Below are positions 1-10,178 of a stretch of DNA of 64,000 nt, in pieces. Positions within the stretch are counted from its first letter, which is position 1. The number at the start of each line of letters is the position of its first letter. The notes below the pieces were generated by a model. It was not told the origin of the DNA, did not search any database, and saw only the letters and a list, made by a program, of their open reading frames with translations. The DNA comes from a virus: the IMG/VR virus record IMGVR_UViG_3300020472_000012, positions 32,001 to 96,000 of that record; one strand, given 5' to 3'. A program made the translations under genes and the position numbers.

Positions 1-1332
1 GTGAATGTTTCCAGAGAATGGGAATTCGCAACTTACTTCGACACAGCTCCAGGCACTTCACCAAATGCAACCGATAAGGGTGCATCTAACGATGAAATGC
101 ATGTGGTAGTTGTAGACGAAGATGGGGATATCACTGGACAAGTTGGAGAAATCTTAGAGACTTTCTCTAATGTATCCAAAGCAACTGATGCAAAAGATTC
201 TTTTGGTGCTTCAAACTATTACAAGAATGTAGTCAGAGACCAATCTGGTTACCTTTGGTGGTTAGACCACAACTCTAACTTAACTACAGTTGGTGTAACA
301 TTACAAAATGCTGGTACAGGTCGTACTTTCAGTACATACAGTCTACCAGTAACAAATAGTTTATCTAATGGTGCTGATGGAGAACAACCTACTTCTGCTC
401 AGAAAAATACTGGTTACTCAACTTACTTGGGTGATGCAGAAACAGTAGATGTAGACTTCCTAATTGCAGGGCCAAACTCTGCTGACAATGGAAGTGGAAC
501 CGAAGTCGCAACAGTTGCCGAAGCTACAACACATATCAACAATCTAATCACAATTGCCGAGTCAAGGAAAGATTGCGTGGTAGTTTGTAGCCCAAGACGA
601 GCAGATGTTGTTAACAATGTAGGTTCTGAACAGAGTTCAGTCACAACATTAGCAGACACACTTACATCAAGTTCATATGCAGTTATGGATAGTAACTGGT
701 TGTACATGTACGATAAGTACAACGACCAATACTGTTATGTACCTGCTTGTGGTTCTACAGCTGGTCTTATGGCAAGAACAGATTTAGTAAGAGACGCATG
801 GTATTCACCTGCTGGTTTCAATAGAGGTCAGTATCTTGGTGTAACCAAACTTGCATTCAATCCTAATCAAGCAGAAAGGGATGAACTTTACAAGAAGAGA
901 GTTAACCCAGTAGTAACTTTCCCAGGCGAGGGAACAATACTATTTGGAGATAAAACTCTATTAAGTAATCCAAGTGCATTTGATAGAATCAATGTACGAA
1001 GATTATTCATCGTATTAGAGAAAGCAATATCAACTGCTGCTAAGTTCCAACTCTTTGAATTCAATGATGCATTCACAAGAGCAAACTTTAGAGCAACAGT
1101 AGAACCTTTCTTAAGGGCGGTGCAAGGAAGACGAGGTATCGTAGATTTCCAAGTTATTTGTGACGAAACAAATAACCCACAGGCAGTCGTAGATGCTAAC
1201 CAATTCCAAGCATCAATTTTCGTTAAACCTAATAAGAGTATCAACTTTATCACTCTTAACTTCGTGGCTGCAAGGTCTGGAGTTGAATTTGAAGAAGTAT
1301 ATGGTGCTACTAACACACTAGCTGGAAGTTAA
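1..1332 (+). CDS. gp18: Tail sheath protein (C-terminal part; truncated at window edge)
   Basis: Sheath motifs WYSPAGFNRG, FDRINVRRLF, FEFNDAFTR; directly upstream of tail tube and portal. Confidence 0.97.
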   Translation: MNVSREWEFATYFDTAPGTSPNATDKGASNDEMHVVVVDEDGDITGQVGEILETFSNVSKATDAKDSFGASNYYKNVVRDQSGYLWWLDHNSNLTTVGVTLQNAGTGRTFSTYSLPVTNSLSNGADGEQPTSAQKNTGYSTYLGDAETVDVDFLIAGPNSADNGSGTEVATVAEATTHINNLITIAESRKDCVVVCSPRRADVVNNVGSEQSSVTTLADTLTSSSYAVMDSNWLYMYDKYNDQYCYVPACGSTAGLMARTDLVRDAWYSPAGFNRGQYLGVTKLAFNPNQAERDELYKKRVNPVVTFPGEGTILFGDKTLLSNPSAFDRINVRRLFIVLEKAISTAAKFQLFEFNDAFTRANFRATVEPFLRAVQGRRGIVDFQVICDETNNPQAVVDANQFQASIFVKPNKSINFITLNFVAARSGVEFEEVYGATNTLAGS

Positions 1333-1342
1333 GGAGTAAAAA

Positions 1343-1840
1343 ATGGCAACAATAGACCAATTTAAAGCACAATTAACATCTGGTGGTGTTCGTTCAAACA
1401 GGTTTCAAGTTTTCATTCCAAGAGCGGGTGAAAGAGTTGAATTTTTAGTTAAAGCTGCACAGATTCCTGCCGAAACTTTCGGTGGGCCTATCGAAGTAAA
1501 CTTTAGGGGTGCAAAACTAAAACTTCCAGGCGAAAGAACTTATGAAGATTGGACAGTTACAGTTCTAAACGATGTTGATTTTAGTATCAGAACAGGAATG
1601 GAAAATTGGATGGGTGAAATACAAGAAAGGGATAGTGGCGTTGGTGCAACTGACCTAGACTATCTTGTATCTCGTGCTTTTGTATCTCAGTTGCATAGGG
1701 ACGAATCAGTTCTAGCAACTTATGAGTTCTTTAACATGTATCCTTCATCTATAGGGTCAATCTCTTTAGATATGGATACCGAAGAAGTACAAACATACGA
1801 CATCACATTCACATACAGTCACTTTGAAAGAACAGTCTAA
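1343..1840 (+). CDS. gp19: Tail tube protein
   Basis: RSNRFQV, LPGERTYEDWTVTVLND, FFNMYP motifs; synteny; AGGAG RBS. Confidence 0.95.
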   Translation: MATIDQFKAQLTSGGVRSNRFQVFIPRAGERVEFLVKAAQIPAETFGGPIEVNFRGAKLKLPGERTYEDWTVTVLNDVDFSIRTGMENWMGEIQERDSGVGATDLDYLVSRAFVSQLHRDESVLATYEFFNMYPSSIGSISLDMDTEEVQTYDITFTYSHFERTV

Positions 1841-1858
1841 TTAAGACTGTTACTTTCT
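1831..1858 (+). terminator. Hairpin at end of gp19 (possible terminator/processing site)
   Basis: AACAGTCT-aatta-AGACTGTT followed by a short T-rich tract. Confidence 0.45.
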
Positions 1859-1864
1859 TAGTGC

Positions 1865-1872
1865 TATAAATA
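1865..1872 (+). promoter_or_regulatory. T4-type late promoter TATAAATA
   Basis: Exact gp55 consensus 9 nt before portal ATG. Confidence 0.85.
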
Positions 1873-1881
1873 TATTTTATT

Positions 1882-3429
1882 ATGGAATTATTTGGATTTG
1901 AAATAAATCGAAAGAAGAGGGAAGCAGAACAAAGGAATGCACCATCCTTTGTTGCACCTGTAAATGACGATGGGGCTCAAGTTATTGAGTCCTCACCTAT
2001 GGGGTCGAATTTTGCTGGTGGACAATACCTCTCTTCTTATATTGATATGGAAGGTGCTATCAAGAGTGAGATTGACCTCATTCAAAGATATCGTTCCATG
2101 TCATTGATACCAGAGTGTGATGCAGCTGTTGACGATATCGTACAGGAAGCAATTGCAACCAACGATTTAGACAACACAGTAAGTATCAATTTGGATGGAA
2201 TCAAAAATGGTGACTTATCTGATAATATCAAAGATACAGTCAGAAAAGAATTTGAACACATCCTATCTCTGTTAAGATTTAGAAATACAGGCCCAGACTT
2301 ATTCAGAAAATGGTATATAGATGGTCGTGCATACTTCCACCTATTAACCGAAAAGGGTTCTCCTAAGAAGGGAATTCAAGGGTTAAGATATATTGACCCT
2401 ATGAAAATCAAGAAGATTAGGGAAATCCATAAGAAGAAAGATGAGAAGACTGGTGTTGAGGTAATTGATAGGATTGAAGAATACTATCATTTCTCAGATG
2501 CTGGATTTGATAAAACTGGTACAAACAACAGTGGTCAAGTCCTAAAAATAAGTCCAGATGCAGTTATAATGGCATCGTCTGGAATGATGGATGCAACTAG
2601 AACTCAAGTAATAGGTTACCTACATAAAGCATTAAAAGCTGGTAATCAATTACGAATGATGGAAGATGCACTTGTAATTTATAGGATTGCAAGAGCCCCA
2701 GAGAGAAGAATTTTCTATATAGATGTAGGAAACCTTCCAAAAGTGAAGGCAGAACAGTATCTTGCAGATACGATGACTAGATATAAAAATAAACTAGTCT
2801 ATAATGCTGACACTGGAGAAATCAGAGACGACAGAAGACATATGTCAATGTTGGAAGATTTCTGGTTACCAAGAAGAGAAGGTGGTAGAGGAACAGAAAT
2901 AACTACTCTGCCAGGCGGACAGAACTTAGGTGAGATAGAAGATATAATCTATTTCCAAAAGAAACTGTATAAGGCACTTAATGTACCTATCAGTAGATTG
3001 GAAGCAGATGCACAATTCTCACTAGGTCGTGCAAGTGAAATTACAAGGGATGAGGTTAAGTTCTCACGATTTGTAGATAAACTAAGACATAAGTTTTCAG
3101 TTCTCTTCTTAGATTTGTTGAAGACTCAACTTATCTTAAAAGGTACGATGTCTGCCGAAGAGTTTGATAAAGCTCGAGAGTATATAACTTTCGACTTTCA
3201 AAAGGACTCACACTTTGTAGAAATGAAGGAAGCTGAAATCTACAGAGAAAGAGTTAACACACTCAGAGAAATGGATGAGTTTGTAGGTAAATACTACTCT
3301 CAGAACTGGGTAAGAAAGAACATCTTGCGTCAATCAGAAGATGAAATCGAAATTATTGATGGTGAGATTGAAAAAGATAAAGACAGTGGTGATGGGGAAG
3401 GAGAGGATGACTCTTTTGACCAATATTAA
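1882..3429 (+). CDS. gp20: Portal vertex protein
   Basis: YRIARAPERRIFYIDVGNLP, EDFWLPRREGGRGTEITTLPGG. Confidence 0.98.
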   Translation: MELFGFEINRKKREAEQRNAPSFVAPVNDDGAQVIESSPMGSNFAGGQYLSSYIDMEGAIKSEIDLIQRYRSMSLIPECDAAVDDIVQEAIATNDLDNTVSINLDGIKNGDLSDNIKDTVRKEFEHILSLLRFRNTGPDLFRKWYIDGRAYFHLLTEKGSPKKGIQGLRYIDPMKIKKIREIHKKKDEKTGVEVIDRIEEYYHFSDAGFDKTGTNNSGQVLKISPDAVIMASSGMMDATRTQVIGYLHKALKAGNQLRMMEDALVIYRIARAPERRIFYIDVGNLPKVKAEQYLADTMTRYKNKLVYNADTGEIRDDRRHMSMLEDFWLPRREGGRGTEITTLPGGQNLGEIEDIIYFQKKLYKALNVPISRLEADAQFSLGRASEITRDEVKFSRFVDKLRHKFSVLFLDLLKTQLILKGTMSAEEFDKAREYITFDFQKDSHFVEMKEAEIYRERVNTLREMDEFVGKYYSQNWVRKNILRQSEDEIEIIDGEIEKDKDSGDGEGEDDSFDQY

Positions 3430-3438
3430 GAGGAATAA

Positions 3439-3627
3439 ATGATGAGTAAAGAAAATATCAAAGACTTAGTTAATGCAATCGAGACTGGAGATAATGTCAA
3501 GGCAACTGATGCATTTCAGGCTGCAATGATAAATAAACAGGCAGATGCAATTGACTCTAAGAGACTTGATGTTCAGATGAATTGGATGGAAAAGGAATCT
3601 GGAGAATCAGAGAGTGAAGAAGTTTAA
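3439..3627 (+). CDS. Small prohead core protein (gp67-like)
   Basis: Small acidic protein between portal and protease; synteny only. Confidence 0.6.
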   Translation: MMSKENIKDLVNAIETGDNVKATDAFQAAMINKQADAIDSKRLDVQMNWMEKESGESESEEV

Positions 3628-3970
3628 AGAACTAGTAAAAGACTTAAACGAAAAGAAGTTTAAACTACCTCGTGGAGAACAAGAGGTGGATTCATACTTC
3701 GAGAAAGGTCAAAGAGGCAAGAAAGTTGCCGTTATCATTGCAAAGAAGTCAAATAAATTTAAAGTTTATGTTGATGGACAAGAACTTGCTATCTATAAGA
3801 GTGAAAAGGAAGCAAGAAAGAATGCAAAACAATTAATTGCATTATTGGGTGAAGACTTAGATGACTTCATCGAACAGTTTTCAATTGAGGATTCATTTGG
3901 ATTCTCAGATGGATTGGTGGGAAATCAATCCTATAGTGAACAAGAAGAAAAGGTTCACGAAATAAAATAA
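3614..3970 (+). CDS. Prohead core protein (gp68-like position)
   Basis: Synteny; N-terminus MKKFKELVKDLNE resembles a capsid-targeting sequence. Confidence 0.55.
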   Translation: MKKFKELVKDLNEKKFKLPRGEQEVDSYFEKGQRGKKVAVIIAKKSNKFKVYVDGQELAIYKSEKEARKNAKQLIALLGEDLDDFIEQFSIEDSFGFSDGLVGNQSYSEQEEKVHEIK

Positions 3971-3983
3971 AGGAAAGAGAGAC

Positions 3984-4634
3984 ATGTTTTTAATATCAGA
4001 ACAAATATCAGATAATGTGAATTTGATAACAGAAACCAATAAAGATGGTAAGAAAGAACAATATATTGAAGGTGTCTTTCTTCAAGCAGGAATAAAGAAC
4101 AGAAATGGTCGTATTTACCCAATCGAAACGATGAAAAAAGAGGTAAATCGATACATCAAGGAATTCGTAAATAAGAAGCGTGCATATGGGGAACTGGGTC
4201 ATCCAGAAGGCCCTACCATTAACTTAGAGAGGGTATCACACTTGATAACTGATTTAAGGGAAGATGGAAAGAATTTTATAGGTAAAGCTAAAATTCTCAG
4301 CACTCCAATGGGTAATATAGTTAAAGGACTGTTAAATGATGGTGCTAAACTAGGCGTGTCCAGTAGGGGTATGGGTTCAGTAGAACAAAGAGGAAATGCA
4401 CAATATGTCCAAGACGATTTCATGCTAGCAACCGCTGCTGATATCGTTGCAGACCCTTCTGCACCAGATGCTTTCGTTGAAGGTATCATGGAAGGTGTAG
4501 AATGGGTTCAAGAGGGTGGAATCTTCAAAGCGAAAGAGATTGAATCTTGGAAAAGTCAGATTCAACAAACCAAACAACGCCATTTAGAAGAGAAGAAGTT
4601 AGAAATCATGAAAAACTTCTTCTCAAAATTATAA
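3984..4634 (+). CDS. gp21: Prohead protease
   Basis: NRNGRIYP, GELGHP, GVSSRGMGS, DIVADPSAPDAFV. Confidence 0.97.
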   Translation: MFLISEQISDNVNLITETNKDGKKEQYIEGVFLQAGIKNRNGRIYPIETMKKEVNRYIKEFVNKKRAYGELGHPEGPTINLERVSHLITDLREDGKNFIGKAKILSTPMGNIVKGLLNDGAKLGVSSRGMGSVEQRGNAQYVQDDFMLATAADIVADPSAPDAFVEGIMEGVEWVQEGGIFKAKEIESWKSQIQQTKQRHLEEKKLEIMKNFFSKL

Positions 4635-4638
4635 AATT

Positions 4639-4646
4639 TATAAATA
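4639..4646 (+). promoter_or_regulatory. T4-type late promoter TATAAATA
   Basis: Exact consensus upstream of scaffold/capsid genes. Confidence 0.85.
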
Positions 4647-4714
4647 CTACACAGAGAAACAATTATGTTCTCGTTTTTTAATTAGTAAGTATTTAAAACT
4701 AGGGGATAAGTAAA

Positions 4715-6040
4715 ATGTCTGAACAAGATATACAAAACCAAGAAACCGAAGTAGTCGAAGGTGCAGCTGTACCACAGGCGAAAGGTGCCGTTACCCCAGA
4801 CCCAGATGCTCCTAAGAAAGCAGTTGCTGCAGTTGATAAAGCCGGAGATGCCACTAAACCTTCTAAAAAAAGGAAAGGTGACCAAGAAGGTGGAGACAAA
4901 GCAGCTCCTAAGCAGGAAGAGGTAGAGTCTGATAGTGATGAAGTCGTTGTAGAAGATTTGACCAAAATGGAAGCTCTTCGTGCAATTATTGAAGAACTAA
5001 AGGGTTTGGAAAAAGACGAAATTAAATCCCTCTATGCTGAAATGGTTAAGAAAGAAGAAGATGAAGATGATGAAGACGAAGATGACGATGAAGAAGTCGA
5101 TGAGTCTACAAAAGCTGACCTTCTTAGAAAAATTGCTGAACATTTCAAGACAGAGGACGAAGATACTGTAAAAGAAGCATACGCTGCTATTACAGAGAAG
5201 AAAGAAGAAGTCGAAGATGACGAAGACGATTCAGAAGATGACGATGAGTCAGATGATGATGAAGATGAAGTCAAAGAGAAAACTAAGAAAGAAGAAGTAG
5301 AAATTGATATGTCTGATGACATTGAAGCTTTAATTTCTGGTGAAGACGAACTTTCAGAAGAATTCCAAAACAAAGCAAAAGTAGTTTTTGAAGCTGCTGT
5401 ATCTGCAAAAGTAAACCAAATTCGAGAAGAACTTGAAAAAGAATCTCTTGAAAGAGTTGTTGAAACAACTGGTGAAATCAAAGAAGAACTTGTTACTAAA
5501 GTTGATTCTTTCCTTTCATATGTTGCAGAAGAGTGGGTTAAAGATAACGAACTTGCAATCGAGAGAGGACTTAAGTCCGAACTCACAGAGAATTTTATAA
5601 CAGGTCTTAAAGACTTGTTTGAAGACCATTATGTTGAAGTTCCATCTGACAAACTAGATGTTGTCGATGAACTTGCTGGTAAAGTTGAAGAAGTTGAACA
5701 GAGACTTAACGAAGAAGTTTCTAAGAACATTGATTTAACTGCTTCCAATGAAGAACTAGTTAAAGACAAAGTGGTTCGAGAAGTTTCACAAGACTTAACT
5801 GAACAAGAAGTTGAGAAACTTGGTAAATTAATCGAAGACATAGATTTTAACGATGAGTTTGAATCAAATGTCAAAACCATCAAAGAGTCTTATTTTGACA
5901 ACTCTGCTAAAGAGACTGTCCAATTAGACGAACAGATGGTGGCAAGTGAAGGAGAAGAAAGTGGTTCGACTGACGACAAAATCGTTGACCCAACCATGGC
6001 TGCCTACTCTGCCGCAATAAAGAGGGTTAACCCACTATAA
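4715..6040 (+). CDS. gp22: Prohead core scaffold protein
   Basis: Highly acidic coiled coil; FEAAV, YVAEEWVKDNELAIERG; synteny. Confidence 0.93.
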   Translation: MSEQDIQNQETEVVEGAAVPQAKGAVTPDPDAPKKAVAAVDKAGDATKPSKKRKGDQEGGDKAAPKQEEVESDSDEVVVEDLTKMEALRAIIEELKGLEKDEIKSLYAEMVKKEEDEDDEDEDDDEEVDESTKADLLRKIAEHFKTEDEDTVKEAYAAITEKKEEVEDDEDDSEDDDESDDDEDEVKEKTKKEEVEIDMSDDIEALISGEDELSEEFQNKAKVVFEAAVSAKVNQIREELEKESLERVVETTGEIKEELVTKVDSFLSYVAEEWVKDNELAIERGLKSELTENFITGLKDLFEDHYVEVPSDKLDVVDELAGKVEEVEQRLNEEVSKNIDLTASNEELVKDKVVREVSQDLTEQEVEKLGKLIEDIDFNDEFESNVKTIKESYFDNSAKETVQLDEQMVASEGEESGSTDDKIVDPTMAAYSAAIKRVNPL

Positions 6041-6102
6041 TGAATGGTGGTGTTAATTTAATATTAACTTTTCATTAGTAAAAATTTAAGGGGAAAACTA
6101 TT

Positions 6103-7410
6103 ATGTTTATGTCAGAATCTTTACAAGAAAAGTGGCAGCCGGTATTAGAACATCCTGATTTGCCTAAAATCGATGATTCATACAAAAGAGCAGTCACTTC
6201 TGTAGTTCTTGAAAACCAAGAAAGAGCCTTAAACGAAGACAGAGGAATGATATCTGAAGCATCACCAGTTAACGCTGCTGTTGGTTCCGATGGGTCTGGT
6301 ATCTCAAACTGGGATCCAATCCTAATTTCTTTGGTTCGTAGGTCTCTACCTAACTTGGTTGCATACGACATTTGTGGTGTCCAACCTATGACTGGCCCAA
6401 CTGGGTTAGTATTTGCAATGAAAGCTCGTTATAACGATAACACTTCAAGGTTAGCAATGACCGAGGCGTTATTTGACGAAGCAGATTCAGATTTCGCTGG
6501 TGCGGGAACACAAGCTGGAACAGACCCATTTGGGGATGCAGCCACTTATGCTTCTGGTACTGGTATGACTACTGCAGCAGGGGAGGCATTGGGTGACAGT
6601 GCTTCAAATCCTTTTGCTAGTATGGCTTTCACAATTGAGAAAGCAACTGTAACTGCAAAAACTAGAGCTCTCAAAGCAGAATACACTATTGAACTTGCAC
6701 AAGACCTTAAAGCAATTCATGGTCTTGACGCAGAAACAGAACTTGCAAACATATTGTCTGCTGAAATCCTTGCGGAAATCAACAGAGAAGTTGTAAGAAC
6801 TGTTAATGTTCAAGCTAAAACTGGTGCTCAGTCTGGTACTGCTAATGCTGGTCGATTTGACCTAGATGTTGATTCATCTGGTCGTTGGTCAGTTGAGAAA
6901 TTTAAAGGCATGCTCTTCCATGTAGAAAGAGAAGCTAACACAATTGCAAGAGAATCAAGACGAGGAAAGGGTAACTTTATCCTTTGTTCTTCTGATGTAG
7001 CATCTGCACTAGCTATGGCTGGTGTACTTGACTACGCTCCTGCTCTCTCAACTAACCTAAATGTTGACGATGCTGGTAATACTTTTGCTGGTGTTCTTAA
7101 TGGTAAGTATAAAGTCTATATTGACCCATACTACACATTAGACCCAGTAAGTGGTCACAGTAACGAAGGTTACATGACTGTTGGATATAGAGGTTCCAAT
7201 CCTTATGATGCTGGTATATTCTACTGCCCATATGTTCCATTACAAATGGTTCGTGCGGTTGGTGAAAATACTTTCCAACCAAAAATTGGTTTCAAAACTC
7301 GATATGGAATGATTTCAAATCCATTCGTAGGTTCGTCTCCAAGTGATGGTCTTGCATCAGCAGGAAGTAACTTCTACTACAGAAAGGTCGAAGTAGAAAA
7401 TATTCTATAA
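6103..7410 (+). CDS. gp23: Major capsid protein
   Basis: GVQPMTGPTGL, ELAQDLKAIHGLDAETEL, FQPKIGFKTRYG. Confidence 0.99.
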   Translation: MFMSESLQEKWQPVLEHPDLPKIDDSYKRAVTSVVLENQERALNEDRGMISEASPVNAAVGSDGSGISNWDPILISLVRRSLPNLVAYDICGVQPMTGPTGLVFAMKARYNDNTSRLAMTEALFDEADSDFAGAGTQAGTDPFGDAATYASGTGMTTAAGEALGDSASNPFASMAFTIEKATVTAKTRALKAEYTIELAQDLKAIHGLDAETELANILSAEILAEINREVVRTVNVQAKTGAQSGTANAGRFDLDVDSSGRWSVEKFKGMLFHVEREANTIARESRRGKGNFILCSSDVASALAMAGVLDYAPALSTNLNVDDAGNTFAGVLNGKYKVYIDPYYTLDPVSGHSNEGYMTVGYRGSNPYDAGIFYCPYVPLQMVRAVGENTFQPKIGFKTRYGMISNPFVGSSPSDGLASAGSNFYYRKVEVENIL

Positions 7411-7433
7411 GAACTTTTCAAGTCAGAACGATT

Positions 7434-7460
7434 AAAGGGTCTCTTCGGAGACCCTTTTTT
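7434..7460 (+). terminator. Rho-independent terminator with C(UUCG)G tetraloop
   Basis: AAAGGGTCTC-TTCG-GAGACCCTTT then T run, after gp23. Confidence 0.93.
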
Positions 7461-7482
7461 TATATACCTGCTTTTTTAATCT

Positions 7483-7490
7483 TATAAATA
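7483..7490 (+). promoter_or_regulatory. T4-type late promoter TATAAATA
   Basis: Exact consensus 9 nt before ATG at 7500. Confidence 0.8.
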
Positions 7491-7499
7491 ATAGTGTAT

Positions 7500-7667
7500 A
7501 TGATGAAATGGTTAGATAAAATAATAACAAAAAGAAGTGGTGGGAAGACCGAAGAAGATATCTACAAAGCTAGATGGGTCTGGTATCATACAATACTTGC
7601 ATTCGAGATATTCTTAACGAATATATTACTCATTGCAATCCTACTTGCCATTTTATTAAAGGGGTAA
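7500..7667 (+). CDS. Small membrane protein, 55 aa (not in ORF track)
   Basis: MMKWLDKI...ILAFEIFLTNILLIAILLAILLKG; C-terminal TM helix; follows late promoter. Confidence 0.7.
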   Translation: MMKWLDKIITKRSGGKTEEDIYKARWVWYHTILAFEIFLTNILLIAILLAILLKG

Positions 7668-7673
7668 TTAATT

Positions 7674-7979
7674 ATGATTAAAGAAATAATCAAAGGTGCC
7701 GTGTACATGATAAGTGGTGCAGTTATACTTGCAGCTATTTGGAGTGCAGACACTATGAGTGAAAGGAAAGCTCATTTTGATTCTAAGATGCAAGGTAAAC
7801 AGAATATTAGAATCAATATTGGAGACGATGTTAAACATGGTTTACTGCAACACCATTTACATGGTGAAGATGGTAAGATAATCTGGCAGAAACAAGCCGA
7901 CACTATATCTCTACCAGTAATTCCACAAGAAGAAATCGAAGTGGAAGTACCAGAAGCTATAGAAGAAGTTAGAGGATAA
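7674..7979 (+). CDS. Hypothetical protein with N-terminal TM/signal segment
   Basis: Hydrophobic N-terminus; tightly packed in operon. Confidence 0.7.
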   Translation: MIKEIIKGAVYMISGAVILAAIWSADTMSERKAHFDSKMQGKQNIRINIGDDVKHGLLQHHLHGEDGKIIWQKQADTISLPVIPQEEIEVEVPEAIEEVRG

Positions 7980-7981
7980 TA

Positions 7982-8206
7982 ATGTCACAAGTAAAAGATT
8001 TGGTCATTAAGATAGTAAATGACCACCTTGATGTAGATTCTAAACTAGAATCTAACTTTATGGATGATTTAGGTTCAGATTCATTAGATACTGTTGAACT
8101 AGTTTTACAGTTTGAAGAAGAATTTGAAATAGATATTCCAGATGAAGACGCAGAGAATTTAACAACTGTAGGTGCTGTTGTTGAATATATAGAAAACAAT
8201 GGATAG
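7982..8206 (+). CDS. acpP: Acyl carrier protein
   Basis: [13 protein letters not shown] phosphopantetheine motif, [14 protein letters not shown]; 74 aa, acidic. Confidence 0.95.
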   Translation: MSQVKDLVIKIVNDHLDVDSKLESNFMDDLGSDSLDTVELVLQFEEEFEIDIPDEDAENLTTVGAVVEYIENNG

Positions 8207-8333
8207 GGACACATACAAATATGTGGAATCTAAAATTCCTTTATCAGAACATAAGTATAGGGGGTGGTTTTATCACTATCCAACTAAGAAGTTCTATAGA
8301 TGGAATGATATCCCATATGAGGGAAGTAAATGA
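8199..8333 (+). CDS. Small hypothetical protein, 44 aa (not in ORF track)
   Basis: MDRDTYKY...[19 protein letters not shown]; overlaps ACP end and has ATGA overlap with gp3. Confidence 0.6.
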   Translation: MDRDTYKYVESKIPLSEHKYRGWFYHYPTKKFYRWNDIPYEGSK

Positions 8334-8908
8334 CAACTAGAAGTATAGATGTAGCAACTTGGGCTGGTGATTTACCAGATAATCTTTCATACTTATCACC
8401 TACACAATTTGAGTTGGTAATTGCAAAGTTACCCTCAACAAAGTATTTTGCAACTGGTGCGAATATACCATCAGTTAGTTTAAATGCACTTGCACAGTCA
8501 ACTAGGTTAGGAATACAACCACAGATGCCTGGCGATAGAGTTGCATTTTCAGAGTTCAATGTTAATTTCATCGTAGATGAAAACCTTGAAAACTGGAGAG
8601 AACTATACACTTGGATGATTCAAATAGCTCCTGGCTATGATTCCAATGAGTATAGAAAATTAATAGGGGCAAACGATAGAGTTGGACAAAAGTTCGATGA
8701 TTCTGGAGACCCTAAGAAAATGTATTCCGATATGACAATGGTAGTAACAACTGCAGCCAATAATCCTAATCGTTATGTTAGAATATATGATTGTTTTCCG
8801 ACAACACTTGCAGAGGTTACTATGGATACAACAACAACAGACAATCCTTATGTAGTTTGTAATGCTACTTTTGCATTTACCTACTTTGAGATTGCTACAA
8901 CATCTTAA
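8330..8908 (+). CDS. gp3: Tail completion / sheath stabiliser protein
   Basis: YLSPTQF, ANIPSVSL, FIVDENLENW, FPTTL; position between gp23 and uvsY. Confidence 0.85.
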   Translation: MTTRSIDVATWAGDLPDNLSYLSPTQFELVIAKLPSTKYFATGANIPSVSLNALAQSTRLGIQPQMPGDRVAFSEFNVNFIVDENLENWRELYTWMIQIAPGYDSNEYRKLIGANDRVGQKFDDSGDPKKMYSDMTMVVTTAANNPNRYVRIYDCFPTTLAEVTMDTTTTDNPYVVCNATFAFTYFEIATTS

Positions 8909-8916
8909 TATGAACA

Positions 8917-9030
8917 GTGAAAGAATATTGGAAAGAAGTGTGGGAGTTTTGCAAAGCTGAACCAGTTTGGGCAGCGGTCTTTTTCTTTTGTGGATATCTA
9001 ATAGGTATAGTGATAACTAACCCTTTTTAG
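8917..9030 (+). CDS. Small membrane protein, 37 aa, GTG start (not in ORF track)
   Basis: MKEYWKEVWEFCKAEPVWAAVFFFCGYLIGIVITNPF fills intergenic gap. Confidence 0.5.
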   Translation: MKEYWKEVWEFCKAEPVWAAVFFFCGYLIGIVITNPF

Positions 9031-9031
9031 G

Positions 9032-9059
9032 TAGACAAATTACCATTTTGTGGTATAAT
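9032..9059 (+). promoter_or_regulatory. Sigma70-type promoter (16-bp spacer, extended -10), leaderless
   Basis: TAGACA-N16-TATAAT with TGn; ATG 6 nt downstream. Confidence 0.75.
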
Positions 9060-9065
9060 TATAGT

Positions 9066-9512
9066 ATGAATTTAGAAAAAATCCGAGAAGAGTGGGCAAA
9101 AGATAGTGTCATCGATAAGATAGACATGGATAAAGTCTCGCTTGAAACTCCAAAATTACACTCAAAATACTTAGATGAACTCTCATCTAAAAGACTCAAC
9201 TATAAAAAATACGAAGTAGAATATAACATTCTTCTCAAGAAGAAGTGGTTGTGGTATACTGATAAGTTATCTAAAGAAGAAATAGATGAACTGGGATGGT
9301 CTTATGACCCATTTGAAGGACATAAGGTCTTAAAGGCAGATTATAACTACTATTTCAATGCAGATAAAGACTTAACAGACCTTAAACTTAAGTTGGAATA
9401 TCTTACTGAGTGTATTGATGTTTTGAAAGACATACTAAATATCCTTACATGGAGACATCAATCTATTAAAAATGCAATTGACTGGTTAAAATTCACTAAC
9501 CCAGCAGGATAA
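9066..9512 (+). CDS. uvsY: Recombination mediator UvsY
   Basis: W..DSVID, PKLHSKYL, IKNAIDWLKF; start moved from GTG 9048 to ATG 9066. Confidence 0.92.
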   Translation: MNLEKIREEWAKDSVIDKIDMDKVSLETPKLHSKYLDELSSKRLNYKKYEVEYNILLKKKWLWYTDKLSKEEIDELGWSYDPFEGHKVLKADYNYYFNADKDLTDLKLKLEYLTECIDVLKDILNILTWRHQSIKNAIDWLKFTNPAG

Positions 9513-9515
9513 ATT

Positions 9516-10178
9516 ATGCCATCTTTTTTACGAGAACCCTTAGTTATTATAGAAGACGCACTTTCAGTTGATGTGTGTGAAGAACTAAAGTATATTGGAA
9601 CCCATTCAGAAAACCAGTATGGACAAATTGGTGATGGTGGTGAACATGTTGATATACGAAAATCTGGGGTTTCGTGGTTACCTAGAGATATGAAAATAGG
9701 TGATGGTAGGGAACTACAGAAAGATATCATTTGGCCGATGATAGTTAAAACTAATGAAGAATGGTTTGGGTTTGATTTAAACTACCATGAAGCAAGTCAA
9801 TTCACTACTTACAAAGCACCAGATGAACACTATAACTGGCATGCAGATGGTGGGCCAGACTTATATCAGAATATAAGTGAAGAAGAACCACTATTTACAA
9901 ACGATGAACTTCAAGTGGGTACATATCGTAAACTATCATATGTTATACAATTATGTCATCCAGATGAATATGATGGTGGGAAATTCCAATATATAGACCC
10001 TACAAGGAATATTGCACAGACAGATTGGGGTTTAATTGAAGAGACGATACCATTTAGAGCAATGGAACAAGGAAGTGCAATCTTTTTTAGTTCTATATTA
10101 CATCATAGAGTTATGCCTGTTACCAAAGGTATAAGACATTCACTAGTAGGTTGGGTATGCGGGCCACCATTCAAATAG
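9516..10178 (+). CDS. 2OG-Fe(II) oxygenase (PKHD-type)
   Basis: YNWHAD, RKLSYVIQL, YDGG, HRVMPVTKGIRHSLVGW. Confidence 0.92.
   Translation: MPSFLREPLVIIEDALSVDVCEELKYIGTHSENQYGQIGDGGEHVDIRKSGVSWLPRDMKIGDGRELQKDIIWPMIVKTNEEWFGFDLNYHEASQFTTYKAPDEHYNWHADGGPDLYQNISEEEPLFTNDELQVGTYRKLSYVIQLCHPDEYDGGKFQYIDPTRNIAQTDWGLIEETIPFRAMEQGSAIFFSSILHHRVMPVTKGIRHSLVGWVCGPPFK

Noticed and set aside
5050-5300. GAT/GAA-rich repeats in gp22
   Set aside because: Acidic low-complexity coding sequence typical of scaffolds, not a DNA repeat or CRISPR array
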